NCBI GenBank assembly: GCA_040285745.1
Contig: JAUFOR010000002.1
Location: 124,001 to 188,000 of the forward strand
Reading direction: 5' to 3'
Length of the DNA stretch: 64,000 nucleotides
Source of the DNA: Barthelona sp. PCE
Taxonomy: Eukaryota
Under the pieces are notes generated by a model. The model did no database searches. It had not been told where the DNA came from and was given only the letters and a program-made list of their open reading frames with translations. Every line of letters begins with the position of its first letter. Position 1 is the stretch's first letter. The position numbers and the translations under genes are program-made. Shown here in pieces: positions 20,825 to 29,932 of the stretch.

Positions 20825-21601
20825 TTAAGATTGAGTAAATAATTCAAACTGTGAAATTCGTCGTTTCAAACTCTCAATATCTTGAAAAGCTTCTTGAAAT
20901 TCATCTGATTGGCTCAAAAATTCGTCCTTTTTCTTCAGTAGGTACTTGTTTTTATCCTCTTCATATTTCAATTGTTCATCAAGGTAGATATTCAAATTAT
21001 CGAGTGTCATAACTGCATTAGATGAATACGTGTCTTTTAAATATCGCAATCTCAACATTTGGAGCGCATACAGTGAGTTATGACTCTTTTTAGATATGTA
21101 TTCACTGTAACTTAACAGAAAATCTGAATAACCCAAAACTGACTTTTCTATATAGTCTCTGTGTATTTCTGTTAGTGAATGTGATTTTTCGTATATTTCG
21201 TCTACATTATTCGAAAAATTAGCCAGAATTTGCTGATATTTGCGGTCTAAAAATCGATCGTGCTCAACTAAAGATTTTACCGCTTCAGGTGCTTCTACAA
21301 GCTCGTTTTCTTCTGTCAAAATGGCACGTACATTATCAAAAAATCTTTGCAAGAAAGTATTACAGAATTCCAGGAAAAATTGCTCAACCTCTGGGTTATG
21401 GTCTCTGCTTTCATGATAAAGTTCCATATAATCCTGGGGTATAGCGTTTTCCTGCTCGGAAAACTTACTAATTACAGACATAATCAAGAAATCTAAAAAA
21501 AGTGGTTCCTTACTCTTAAATTGTGCACGGAACTCCCTCCAAAGTGTAATTAACACTTGCCCTTCCAATGCAGTCAGTTTCTGAAGTTCAATATCAGACA
21601 T
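20825..21601 (-). CDS. Coiled-coil protein, HAUS4/augmin subunit 4-like
   Basis: The C-terminal LRLRYLKDTYSSNAVMTLDNLNIYLDE...FQEAFQDIESLKRRI resembles the HAUS4 'L.DTY...AL..IR.YL.E' block. Confidence 0.45.
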   Translation of the reverse strand: MSDIELQKLTALEGQVLITLWREFRAQFKSKEPLFLDFLIMSVISKFSEQENAIPQDYMELYHESRDHNPEVEQFFLEFCNTFLQRFFDNVRAILTEENELVEAPEAVKSLVEHDRFLDRKYQQILANFSNNVDEIYEKSHSLTEIHRDYIEKSVLGYSDFLLSYSEYISKKSHNSLYALQMLRLRYLKDTYSSNAVMTLDNLNIYLDEQLKYEEDKNKYLLKKKDEFLSQSDEFQEAFQDIESLKRRISQFELFTQS

Positions 21602-21676
21602 TAAAGTAGTAAAAACATAAATAGTTTATTAAACAAATAGTCAGTCGAGTAGAGGGAAATTGTCATAGCAAACACC

Positions 21677-23014
21677 TTAGTATTCGAAATCATCTTCCTC
21701 CTCTTCGTACTCGCCTTCCTCCTCAGCAACGGCATCCTGGTACTGTTGGTATTCAGCAACAAGATCGTTCATGTTGGACTCAGCCTCGGTGAACTCCATC
21801 TCGTCCATACCCTCACCAGTGTACCAGTGAAGGAATGCCTTACGACGGAACATCTTGGTGAACTGATCGTGGACACGCTTGAAGAGCTCCTGGATACAGG
21901 TGGAGTTACCAATGAAGGTAACACCCATCTTAAGACCCTTAGGAGGAATGTCACAAATGGAAGACTTGATGTTGTTGGGAATCCACTCAACGAAGTAAGA
22001 AGAGTTCTTGTTCTGGATGTTAAGCATCTGCTCATCAACCTCCTTGGAGGACATACGACCACGGAAGAGGGCGGAACAGGTCAAGTAACGACCGTGACGA
22101 GGATCAGAGGCAGCCATCATGTTACCAGAGTGGAACATCTGAGAAGTGAGCTCGGGAACAGTGATCTGACGGTAGGCAGAAGAACCACGAGAAGTGAGGG
22201 GAGCGAAACCAACCATGAAGAAGTGAAGACGAGGATAAGGAACCAAGTTAACAGCGAGCTTACGGAGATCGGAGTTGAGCTGACCGGGGAAACGGAGACA
22301 GCAAGTAACACCGGACATAACGATGGAAACGAGGTGGTTGAGGTCACCATAGGTAGGGGTGGTGAGCTTAAGGGTACGGAAACAAATATCGTAAAGAGCT
22401 TCGTTATCGATACACATGGTCTCTTCGGAGTTCTCAGTAAGCTGGTGAACAGAAAGAGTACAGTTATAAGGCTCAACGACGGTATCAGAAACCTTGGGGG
22501 AAGGAACGACGGAGAAAGTACACATTTGACGATCGGGATACTCCTCACGGATCTTGGCAATGAGGAGGGTACCCATACCGGCACCAGTACCACCACCGAG
22601 AGAGTGACAGATCTGGAAACCCTGAAGGCAGTCACAAGACTCAGCCTCCTTACGGACGATATCGAGGACGGAGTCAATGAGCTCAGCACCCTCGGTATAG
22701 TGACCCTTGGCCCAGTTGTTACCGGCACCGGTCTGACCGAAGATAAAGTTATCAGGACGGAAGAGATGGCCATAAGCGTTACCACGAATGGAATCCATAG
22801 TACCAGGCTCAAGATCAACTAAAACGGCACGGGGGACATACTTGCCACCGGCAGCTTCGTTGAAGTAAACGTTGATACGCTCCAATTGGAGGTCGGATTG
22901 ACCCTGGTAAGAACCAGTGGGATCAACACCATGCTCATCAGCAATGGTCTCCCAGAACTTGCTACCGATCTGGTTACCGCACTGGCCTGCTTGAATGTGG
23001 ACGATTTCACGCAT
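21677..23014 (-). CDS. TUBB: Beta-tubulin
   Basis: [24 protein letters not shown] and an acidic tail; strong codon bias. Confidence 0.99.
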   Translation of the reverse strand: MREIVHIQAGQCGNQIGSKFWETIADEHGVDPTGSYQGQSDLQLERINVYFNEAAGGKYVPRAVLVDLEPGTMDSIRGNAYGHLFRPDNFIFGQTGAGNNWAKGHYTEGAELIDSVLDIVRKEAESCDCLQGFQICHSLGGGTGAGMGTLLIAKIREEYPDRQMCTFSVVPSPKVSDTVVEPYNCTLSVHQLTENSEETMCIDNEALYDICFRTLKLTTPTYGDLNHLVSIVMSGVTCCLRFPGQLNSDLRKLAVNLVPYPRLHFFMVGFAPLTSRGSSAYRQITVPELTSQMFHSGNMMAASDPRHGRYLTCSALFRGRMSSKEVDEQMLNIQNKNSSYFVEWIPNNIKSSICDIPPKGLKMGVTFIGNSTCIQELFKRVHDQFTKMFRRKAFLHWYTGEGMDEMEFTEAESNMNDLVAEYQQYQDAVAEEEGEYEEEEDDFEY

Positions 23015-23551
23015 TTAAAAAATGTATCTAAAAGTTAGAAAACCTTTTGGGCACAAAGCACCGCGCCTACGTGCACAACGCTGTTAGAGCGCTGAGCATG
23101 TACTTTGCGGAGCTTTTCTATGGTTGATCATACACAATAAGGATGAAAAAGGAAATTCAAGTTTTTAAAATTTTGAACTCATTCGATGCGATTGGTGACC
23201 TTCTTAGGTGTCAAAAGACCCCAAACATAGGTCTTTTTGACCCATACTCCTCAGGAAACTGAAAAAGCTTTTTTTTATCATCACTTTTACAATGAATCAG
23301 TGTGCTAGACCATAACAAAGCAGTGTAAGATATGCTATCTTGCTTGTGTGATGATGGATGCCTTTAATTCGACCCTTTTCTCATACCTGCCTATGCAATT
23401 CAAAATCTTTACATCTTACGGTATATTCATTGTGTTACATCGTGCACACACTTAGTTGCCAAACAAATAGGAGCATTGAATACGTGCAATCCGTAGAACC
23501 CGACTAATACAACGGTGCGCACTTTGTGCCCGCTTGCAGTGAGTATAAGCA

Positions 23552-24274
23552 GTCACAAGTCGCCAAACGGGCATCTAGTGGGTAAGTCCAGCAGACAAAT
23601 TTACACAAAAGCAAAGAAGCACAGCGAAAAAATTATGGTTAAATAAAAACTATCATATAAACCTACTACCTGCCGGTCTCGACAATGCACCGCACAATAG
23701 GCGGCAGCAAAGTCGAGAGAGGCTCGGTCATCAACGTAGCACAAGTCTACAAAACTTCACGAACGGCAGCAGGTTAGTGGAATCATCTAGTCTTAACGTT
23801 ATGTCTCTTTCGAGAACGATAGATCAAAACTAACTAAAGAAATGATCCTATAGAGCATAGTCGTAATAAAAGAAAATGCAAGGTCTTCTACTCTTTCGCG
23901 CACTGTCCGCACCTTCACGCAGATGTACTGTTACGTTTATTGTTGTATGTGGTGTCCGTTATCCATTGAGAAGGCCGTGCGTGCTTTTTTTAGGATCCAA
24001 CCATGAGGCCATCTGTGGTGGCACATACACTCTGCTTTGGCGTTTCAATGTGTGTTTATGCTGACTTCAAGCGAGATATACCACCTTTGAGGCTAAGAAA
24101 TTCCGTTAAAGATTCAGTTGGATTTTGTGGTCTATTTCGCTTGAATGTCCTTAAGAATGATGTGTGGTGTGTTTTTATGGATCTTTTCGGAATAAGGCAT
24201 CATATTATTTCGCTATGAAGTCTTAACTCTACTATATGAGAAGTATGTTGAACTTTGTTATTTGATCAAATTTA
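23552..24274. repeat. Left arm of a 723-bp perfect inverted repeat
   Basis: Base-by-base reverse complement of 25739-26461 with no mismatch or indel found. Mirrored ORFs in the track all sum to 50013. Confidence 0.97.
23648..23864 (-). ncRNA. U3: U3 snoRNA, copy 1
   Basis: Identical inverted copy of 26149-26365. Confidence 0.88.
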
Positions 24275-24953
24275 ACCGGCGTTGTTTATTTCTCGTTTTA
24301 TCCATATTTAGAACAACGCATCTGGTTCACAGAGGATAATTGTACACTTTAGTGTTGCAGAATGGAGTTTGTTTGTTTTGAAATGATTTTTTCTTTCAAT
24401 ATTTGTTGATAAGGTTACCTGATGCATGATTCATTCAGTTCTCATGAGAACAGTGGTACGTTGTAGAAGTTCAATTGTCATAGTATTTATGAAAGTAGAG
24501 TGATGTATTGCTTTGAAAATGCTTGTATTTGTTACTCTTACCTTTTACATTTTTTTTTGGCTTAGTTATGGGGCTTTATTACGAAATATGCCACGCTTTA
24601 AGGAAAATATTGCGGGAAACTTTACATTACAACCTCTTATTAGATATTGCACAGTCAGTAGCACTTCTGTTAAACACAAGAAAGGTGTGTATTATTGGGA
24701 GACTACAGGATTCGTTCACAGCTGGTCCAACTGCATGGGAAGATGATAAGACTGTTCTATGCTGCTGAGATTAACTATGTTAAAATCTAACGTGTTTTAC
24801 TTTATGACTCATATCCGGCCAGATGTGGGATGTAACAGGCTGGAATTGAACTATTTGAATTATTGATAGGAGATTACGTTTTTAGAGTTAATGTTTTCTT
24901 AATTACATTTCATAAGATTTCATAGTTGCCTGTGTGGAAAACAGAAAAATTTT

Positions 24954-25167
24954 GATTTATACTGAAGTGGGTTTATTGACGTCGGGGGAACGCTCACATG
25001 GGAAGGCTCGCCTTCACGCGTGGAGTGTGTTTCGTCCTGGAATTGGCTCAATATCCCCTTTTTTTTCAAAAAGGGAAGACAAAACTATGTAGGGTTCCAA
25101 GAACACCATCCACACAAGAAGGTTCGCTTCGTCCCCCTCCGCTGTTTACTACCTCAAGTATAAAGTC
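24954..25167 (-). ncRNA. Unidentified rod-like structured RNA candidate (about 215 nt)
   Basis: Nested stems on the minus strand with many G-U pairs, tandem G-A pairs and a GAAA tetraloop tip. A T5 run follows just downstream. Confidence 0.55.
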
Positions 25168-25738
25168 TGAAGGCTAGCGCATATATGTCACCGTTGGATA
25201 TTATGTTGAGAGAGAATTATCATAAAGATGGAAAAATAGTCTTGTTGACTTTAATACTCAGTTGTGGAATGTGATATATATCCTGGTATTGGTGTGTTTG
25301 GTGGATTTACTTTCATTGCATTGAAGAAAGAAGGAGCTATGTATTATTTTCGGATAGTGATGGCATTTGATGAAGTGAAGATATGCTACACATTGAAAAT
25401 TGTTCAAGTAGTTGTTGTTGTACGGTTTTAGACTTCAAAGAATGATCACAGTGGACGATGAATATGGATAACAATTTTAAACTTTTTGATCAAAAATGGT
25501 ATTACTTCCTTATTCATGCAGTCAGAGACCCGAAGTAAGACCCGTGGACTTGATTTTGCATAACACGCTTGTTTAACACACTAGTTCGTAGCAGTAAATT
25601 TGCCTGTTGAGAGTGCAAAGGATACTCCCTCATTCAGCTTTTCTTCTTTTTCGCATATTTTTTAAAAAAGAGGCAATGGAACAGTTCACAGGGCAAACTC
25701 AGCACTCGGTGCAGCTCGCTGCTTTGGATAGGTTCATG

Positions 25739-26461
25739 TAAATTTGATCAAATAACAAAGTTCAACATACTTCTCATATAGTAGAGTTAAGACTTCATAG
25801 CGAAATAATATGATGCCTTATTCCGAAAAGATCCATAAAAACACACCACACATCATTCTTAAGGACATTCAAGCGAAATAGACCACAAAATCCAACTGAA
25901 TCTTTAACGGAATTTCTTAGCCTCAAAGGTGGTATATCTCGCTTGAAGTCAGCATAAACACACATTGAAACGCCAAAGCAGAGTGTATGTGCCACCACAG
26001 ATGGCCTCATGGTTGGATCCTAAAAAAAGCACGCACGGCCTTCTCAATGGATAACGGACACCACATACAACAATAAACGTAACAGTACATCTGCGTGAAG
26101 GTGCGGACAGTGCGCGAAAGAGTAGAAGACCTTGCATTTTCTTTTATTACGACTATGCTCTATAGGATCATTTCTTTAGTTAGTTTTGATCTATCGTTCT
26201 CGAAAGAGACATAACGTTAAGACTAGATGATTCCACTAACCTGCTGCCGTTCGTGAAGTTTTGTAGACTTGTGCTACGTTGATGACCGAGCCTCTCTCGA
26301 CTTTGCTGCCGCCTATTGTGCGGTGCATTGTCGAGACCGGCAGGTAGTAGGTTTATATGATAGTTTTTATTTAACCATAATTTTTTCGCTGTGCTTCTTT
26401 GCTTTTGTGTAAATTTGTCTGCTGGACTTACCCACTAGATGCCCGTTTGGCGACTTGTGAC
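25739..26461. repeat. Right arm of the 723-bp perfect inverted repeat
   Basis: Reverse complement of 23552-24274; the unique spacer is 24275-25738 (1464 bp). Confidence 0.97.
26149..26365 (+). ncRNA. U3: U3 snoRNA, copy 2
   Basis: 5' ACGACTATGCTCTATAGGATCATTTCTTTAG (GAC/box A'/box A), box C' GATGA (26226), box B CGTGAAG, box C TTGATGACCG and box D variant ATGA (26357). Terminal stem GACTA/TAGTT and an 11-bp stem AACCTGCTGCC/GGTAGTAGGTT; about 217 nt. Confidence 0.9.
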
Positions 26462-26510
26462 AGTTTAAGATCTTTTTGCTTAATCACTAGGAGGTATACC
26501 CATTTTTTAT

Positions 26511-28880
26511 TTACAAAGCGCTGTACTTTCTCAGCAGCATCTTTTGTTTGGAACACATGTTTATCACATTGTCTAACTCATCCTCCAATTTAGCAATTTC
26601 TCTTCTGACGCGAATAGTTTGGTGTTGTCTACGTTTCTTATTCAAATCGTTATTGACTCGATCTTTCTCAAGTTGCCACTTCAACAGCTCTTTTTCGATT
26701 CTTTCAATCTGAATCTCTCCCTGAGTAACCGTGTTATCAGCAAAAATCTGTCGTGAGGGGCTCTGCTGTTGTGTAATCGTAATTGACGATACATGTTTTT
26801 GTACTTTCGGTGATCCTGGTTCAGGGAATAGGTTAGATTGCATCTCTTTCTGATGCATTTGCTGATTGTAACTCATCTGCTGTTGTTGCCCGACTCCGGC
26901 CTTCTTCCTCCTCATAAATTCTTCGAAAGACATTGGAGGTGGGGGTTTGTTCGGATCGTTACCAATAGATGAGTACATCTTCATCATCGCGTTATGTCCG
27001 CGCTTCATCTTATCTTCGAATTCCTTCTTCTTTGCGAGTAATGCTGCGCTTGCATTGGTATATTTGGGTTGAGCTGGTTGTGACTGCTGCGGGTTTATAT
27101 ATCCATTTTCTTGATGAGTGTGACCCTGCTGCTCATATTGAGTCTGTTGAGCTTGGATTCGTCGCTGTTGCTCATACATTCTTTCCCTATGTGCGGCAGC
27201 CTGTCTTTGCTCTTCCATCTGTCTCTCCAAGTCTTGTACACGCTTCTGCTCATTGGAGAGCATTTGCTCATATCTGTTAACGTACGTCTCAAACTTTGAC
27301 TCCATCGTACGCTGCAATTCTTCGAGCCTATCCGGCTCATCTCTTTGTAACTGAACAGGTTTCGCTGCCTGTTGCGGCTGCTTCACAGGTGTCCGCTCCA
27401 TCACAACTGGTTGACGCGGTTCAGCATTGCGCTTCCTGGGAGAGTCAACGAATTGATTTTCCTCATTTCCGAGTGTAAAGTGGGACTGTTGGCGGGTCTT
27501 GTTGCCCTGGGCACGTGCATGGTGTTGCGTTGGGGAACGGTTTAGAGCATGCTTCGGTGCAAATGGGTCAACAGTGTCATTCTGGGAAAACGGTGCTCTT
27601 TTTTGTTGTTGTTGTTGGTTGCTCATTGAGTACTTCTGTTCATCAATAGTCCGCTGTAGGCTCTCGTTTTTCCGGCACAGACTTGAAACTTCGCTTTCAA
27701 GGGAATGTACTAGATTCTGTTTTTCCGAAATTTCTTTCTTCATCGTCTTTAGTGTGGTACTTAATTCGCGAACCTGTACCTCTGCATCCTGCTGCAGACG
27801 GAGTCTGTCTTTTGCCTGCTCCTTCAACTTGTTCGACTCCTTCTCAGACATGTTGAGCTCATTGCTCAATTGCAACACTTGCAGGCCAAGCTTCTCCTTC
27901 TCTTGTTTCAATATGCTCTGCTTTTTCTCCGCTTCCTTCATGTATGCATCCTGGTTGCCCTTAATACGAGCTATATCGGCCTCAAGCATGGTGTTTTTCT
28001 CCTTCATCTCTGTAACAGTTCTTCTGTGCGTGTTTTGCAAAGCGCTGAGCGCCACACGGGTGTCTTCCAACCGCTCCTGTAAGGATAGGTTCTCAACAGC
28101 AAGTTTATCATGGTTCTTTATCTTCTGCTGCTGATCATCTGTTAATCCCATCGGTAGCTCTATCTCCTTGCGTGATCCAATGAAAGAGCTTTGCTCCTTG
28201 CGAATAGGGCTCACCTCGACGTCCGAATGATGAACGGGGGATAACAACTTTATGGGAGAAATTTGTTTCTCTTTCAATGACTCGTTTCTTGCGATTTCTT
28301 CATCCGAGTCAGTCATATCAATGGGAACGCGCGTCATTGTCGGTCCCTTTTGCAACGGTCGCTGTTCTTGCAACATGTGTTGTGGCATGTATCGAGGATC
28401 ATAAGCCAGCTGAGGATTCATCTGAGGATTCATCTGAGGATTCATCTGCGGTGGAGGGTAATAGTACATGGGGAACGGCTGAGGGGCGCCATAATACATC
28501 TGTTGCGGCATTCCGTGAGGCTGTGTTGGCTGGTGAACGTGGTTTGATTGGAGAGGTGTTTTCTTTGCAAATACTTCCCTGCGAGGTGTAGGATTTTTAC
28601 GGACAGGTGACTCGAATTCCGACTCGTGGTTCATGATAGGATCAGGAAGAGAGAGATCTGTGTCTTCATTCATCAATGCCTCTTGTAAAAACTTGTTTCT
28701 TCGTGACACAACCCGTCTCATTTCGTCTGTATCAGTTGTTTGCGAGGGGGCATACTCTGAGAACACAGGGCTAGGCTGTGCGGTCCCACAAAGCAGCGAG
28801 TAAAGATCATTTGATGCAGACTCTTCTTTCTGCGAATTGTTGTACCCCAATGCGCTCATCCTTTGTGATATGTCAGTCAT
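26511..28880 (-). CDS. Gln-rich coiled-coil protein with an MPHOSPH9-like C-terminal domain (centriole/basal body candidate)
   Basis: C-terminal IERIEKELLKWQLEKDRVNNDLNK...TIRVRREIAKLEDELDNV...LLRKYSAL; short MNPQ tandem repeat at about 28408-28448. Confidence 0.55.
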   Translation of the reverse strand: MTDISQRMSALGYNNSQKEESASNDLYSLLCGTAQPSPVFSEYAPSQTTDTDEMRRVVSRRNKFLQEALMNEDTDLSLPDPIMNHESEFESPVRKNPTPRREVFAKKTPLQSNHVHQPTQPHGMPQQMYYGAPQPFPMYYYPPPQMNPQMNPQMNPQLAYDPRYMPQHMLQEQRPLQKGPTMTRVPIDMTDSDEEIARNESLKEKQISPIKLLSPVHHSDVEVSPIRKEQSSFIGSRKEIELPMGLTDDQQQKIKNHDKLAVENLSLQERLEDTRVALSALQNTHRRTVTEMKEKNTMLEADIARIKGNQDAYMKEAEKKQSILKQEKEKLGLQVLQLSNELNMSEKESNKLKEQAKDRLRLQQDAEVQVRELSTTLKTMKKEISEKQNLVHSLESEVSSLCRKNESLQRTIDEQKYSMSNQQQQQKRAPFSQNDTVDPFAPKHALNRSPTQHHARAQGNKTRQQSHFTLGNEENQFVDSPRKRNAEPRQPVVMERTPVKQPQQAAKPVQLQRDEPDRLEELQRTMESKFETYVNRYEQMLSNEQKRVQDLERQMEEQRQAAAHRERMYEQQRRIQAQQTQYEQQGHTHQENGYINPQQSQPAQPKYTNASAALLAKKKEFEDKMKRGHNAMMKMYSSIGNDPNKPPPPMSFEEFMRRKKAGVGQQQQMSYNQQMHQKEMQSNLFPEPGSPKVQKHVSSITITQQQSPSRQIFADNTVTQGEIQIERIEKELLKWQLEKDRVNNDLNKKRRQHQTIRVRREIAKLEDELDNVINMCSKQKMLLRKYSAL

Positions 28881-28946
28881 TTAAGATGAAAAACGATTCT
28901 AAATTAAAAATTAAAGAGAAAAGGGTGCAAAATATTCTAACATAAT

Positions 28947-29681
28947 TTACTCATCGTTTTGTGGCTCTAGCACAATGTTCACGTATTGGTCAAGCTCCTG
29001 TGGGGTGAGTGCGCTGAAAGGTGTATCATTGGTAACAATAGAAACATCAATAAGTTCAGCACTCAGTGTTTCCTGTTTAAGAGTTGTGTTTAGTGCTCTG
29101 ATTGCGTGTAAAATCAGTTCCTCGGTTGATGCCGTCTTGAAAGCCTCTGCGTTGACATCCAAATATGTCTTTGCTGATTCCGAACGTGCTCCTAATGTGT
29201 GACAGTGGAATTGGTAAGCAGAACCACTTGGATAGAGACAGTAAAGCTTGGGACCAGTGCGGTCCACACCTGCAAGAAGTACACCGACACCATAAGGTCT
29301 GTTACCATAACGAATAGTTCGCTTGTGAATCTTGAGAGCTAAGTTGTTAGCAATCTTTTGGATAGGAATATCACTCTCGTAGACGTAATCCCAGTTGTCA
29401 GCCTCCTGCTGAAGGTAATCGATCAAATAAATAACATCAGCGTTAAGACCAGATACCGTCATACCCATATGATCGTATAATTTGACTGTTTTCTTTGCAC
29501 ACTCCGCCAGATCCTCGAACTTGCGGCGGTATGAAGCAATGACAACTGCACCACTCTCTTCTGAAACAAGACCAACAATACATGCACCCAGCTTCACAGC
29601 TTCGAATGCATACCTGATCTGTTGCAGCTTACCCTCGGGGTTGAATGTGGAAACGTCCTTGTCGTACTCAGAACTATTCAT
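28947..29681 (-). CDS. PSMA1: 20S proteasome subunit alpha type-1 (alpha6/Pre5)
   Basis: YDKDVSTFNPEGKLQQIRYAFEAVKLG, RPYGVGVLLAG, LGARSESAKTYL. Confidence 0.9.
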   Translation of the reverse strand: MNSSEYDKDVSTFNPEGKLQQIRYAFEAVKLGACIVGLVSEESGAVVIASYRRKFEDLAECAKKTVKLYDHMGMTVSGLNADVIYLIDYLQQEADNWDYVYESDIPIQKIANNLALKIHKRTIRYGNRPYGVGVLLAGVDRTGPKLYCLYPSGSAYQFHCHTLGARSESAKTYLDVNAEAFKTASTEELILHAIRALNTTLKQETLSAELIDVSIVTNDTPFSALTPQELDQYVNIVLEPQNDE

Positions 29682-29932
29682 GATTTAAGTGAAAAAGGAA
29701 CAAACATGTACAGCCGTTCTAATGTTTAACATCTTTGAGCAAACGTGTGTATCCTGCTTGTAATCGTGCAAGATTGGATTTAATATGTTGTTGATGTAGA
29801 ATACTAGATGAAAGATTGGGGTCATAATATTTACTCACTACAAGGTTCACCTGTGCTACTTCATGGGTTTCTGTTTCGACTTGTGTTGGAGAGAAAGACT
29901 GAATCGGTTAAAAGATGAGGGTTATTTATTTT

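Noticed and set aside
21746-22822. 358-aa antisense ORF and 233-aa alternate-frame ORF over beta-tubulin (similar ones over MGL and the LRR gene)
   Set aside because: Shadow ORFs caused by strong codon bias in highly expressed genes.
23440-23547. Minus-strand ATACTCACTG...ATTGCAC as a divergent U1 snRNA
   Set aside because: A hairpin is present, but the 5' motif is imperfect, there is no U1-70K loop, and ATTGCAC is not cleanly in a loop. Not supportable without a covariance-model search.
25024-25050. Minus-strand GGACGAAAC as a hammerhead ribozyme
   Set aside because: No CUGANGA core upstream.
23876-26137. Mirrored short ORFs (62 and 71 aa) in the IR arms and short spacer ORFs
   Set aside because: No protein-like features; they are by-products of the repeat.
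23542-26471. The IR as a DNA transposon (MULE/hAT/foldback) with flanks AGTATAAGCA / AGTTTAAGAT as a TSD
   Set aside because: The flanks match only 7/10 while the arms are identical, the spacer has no transposase, and the arms are explained by U3 genes.
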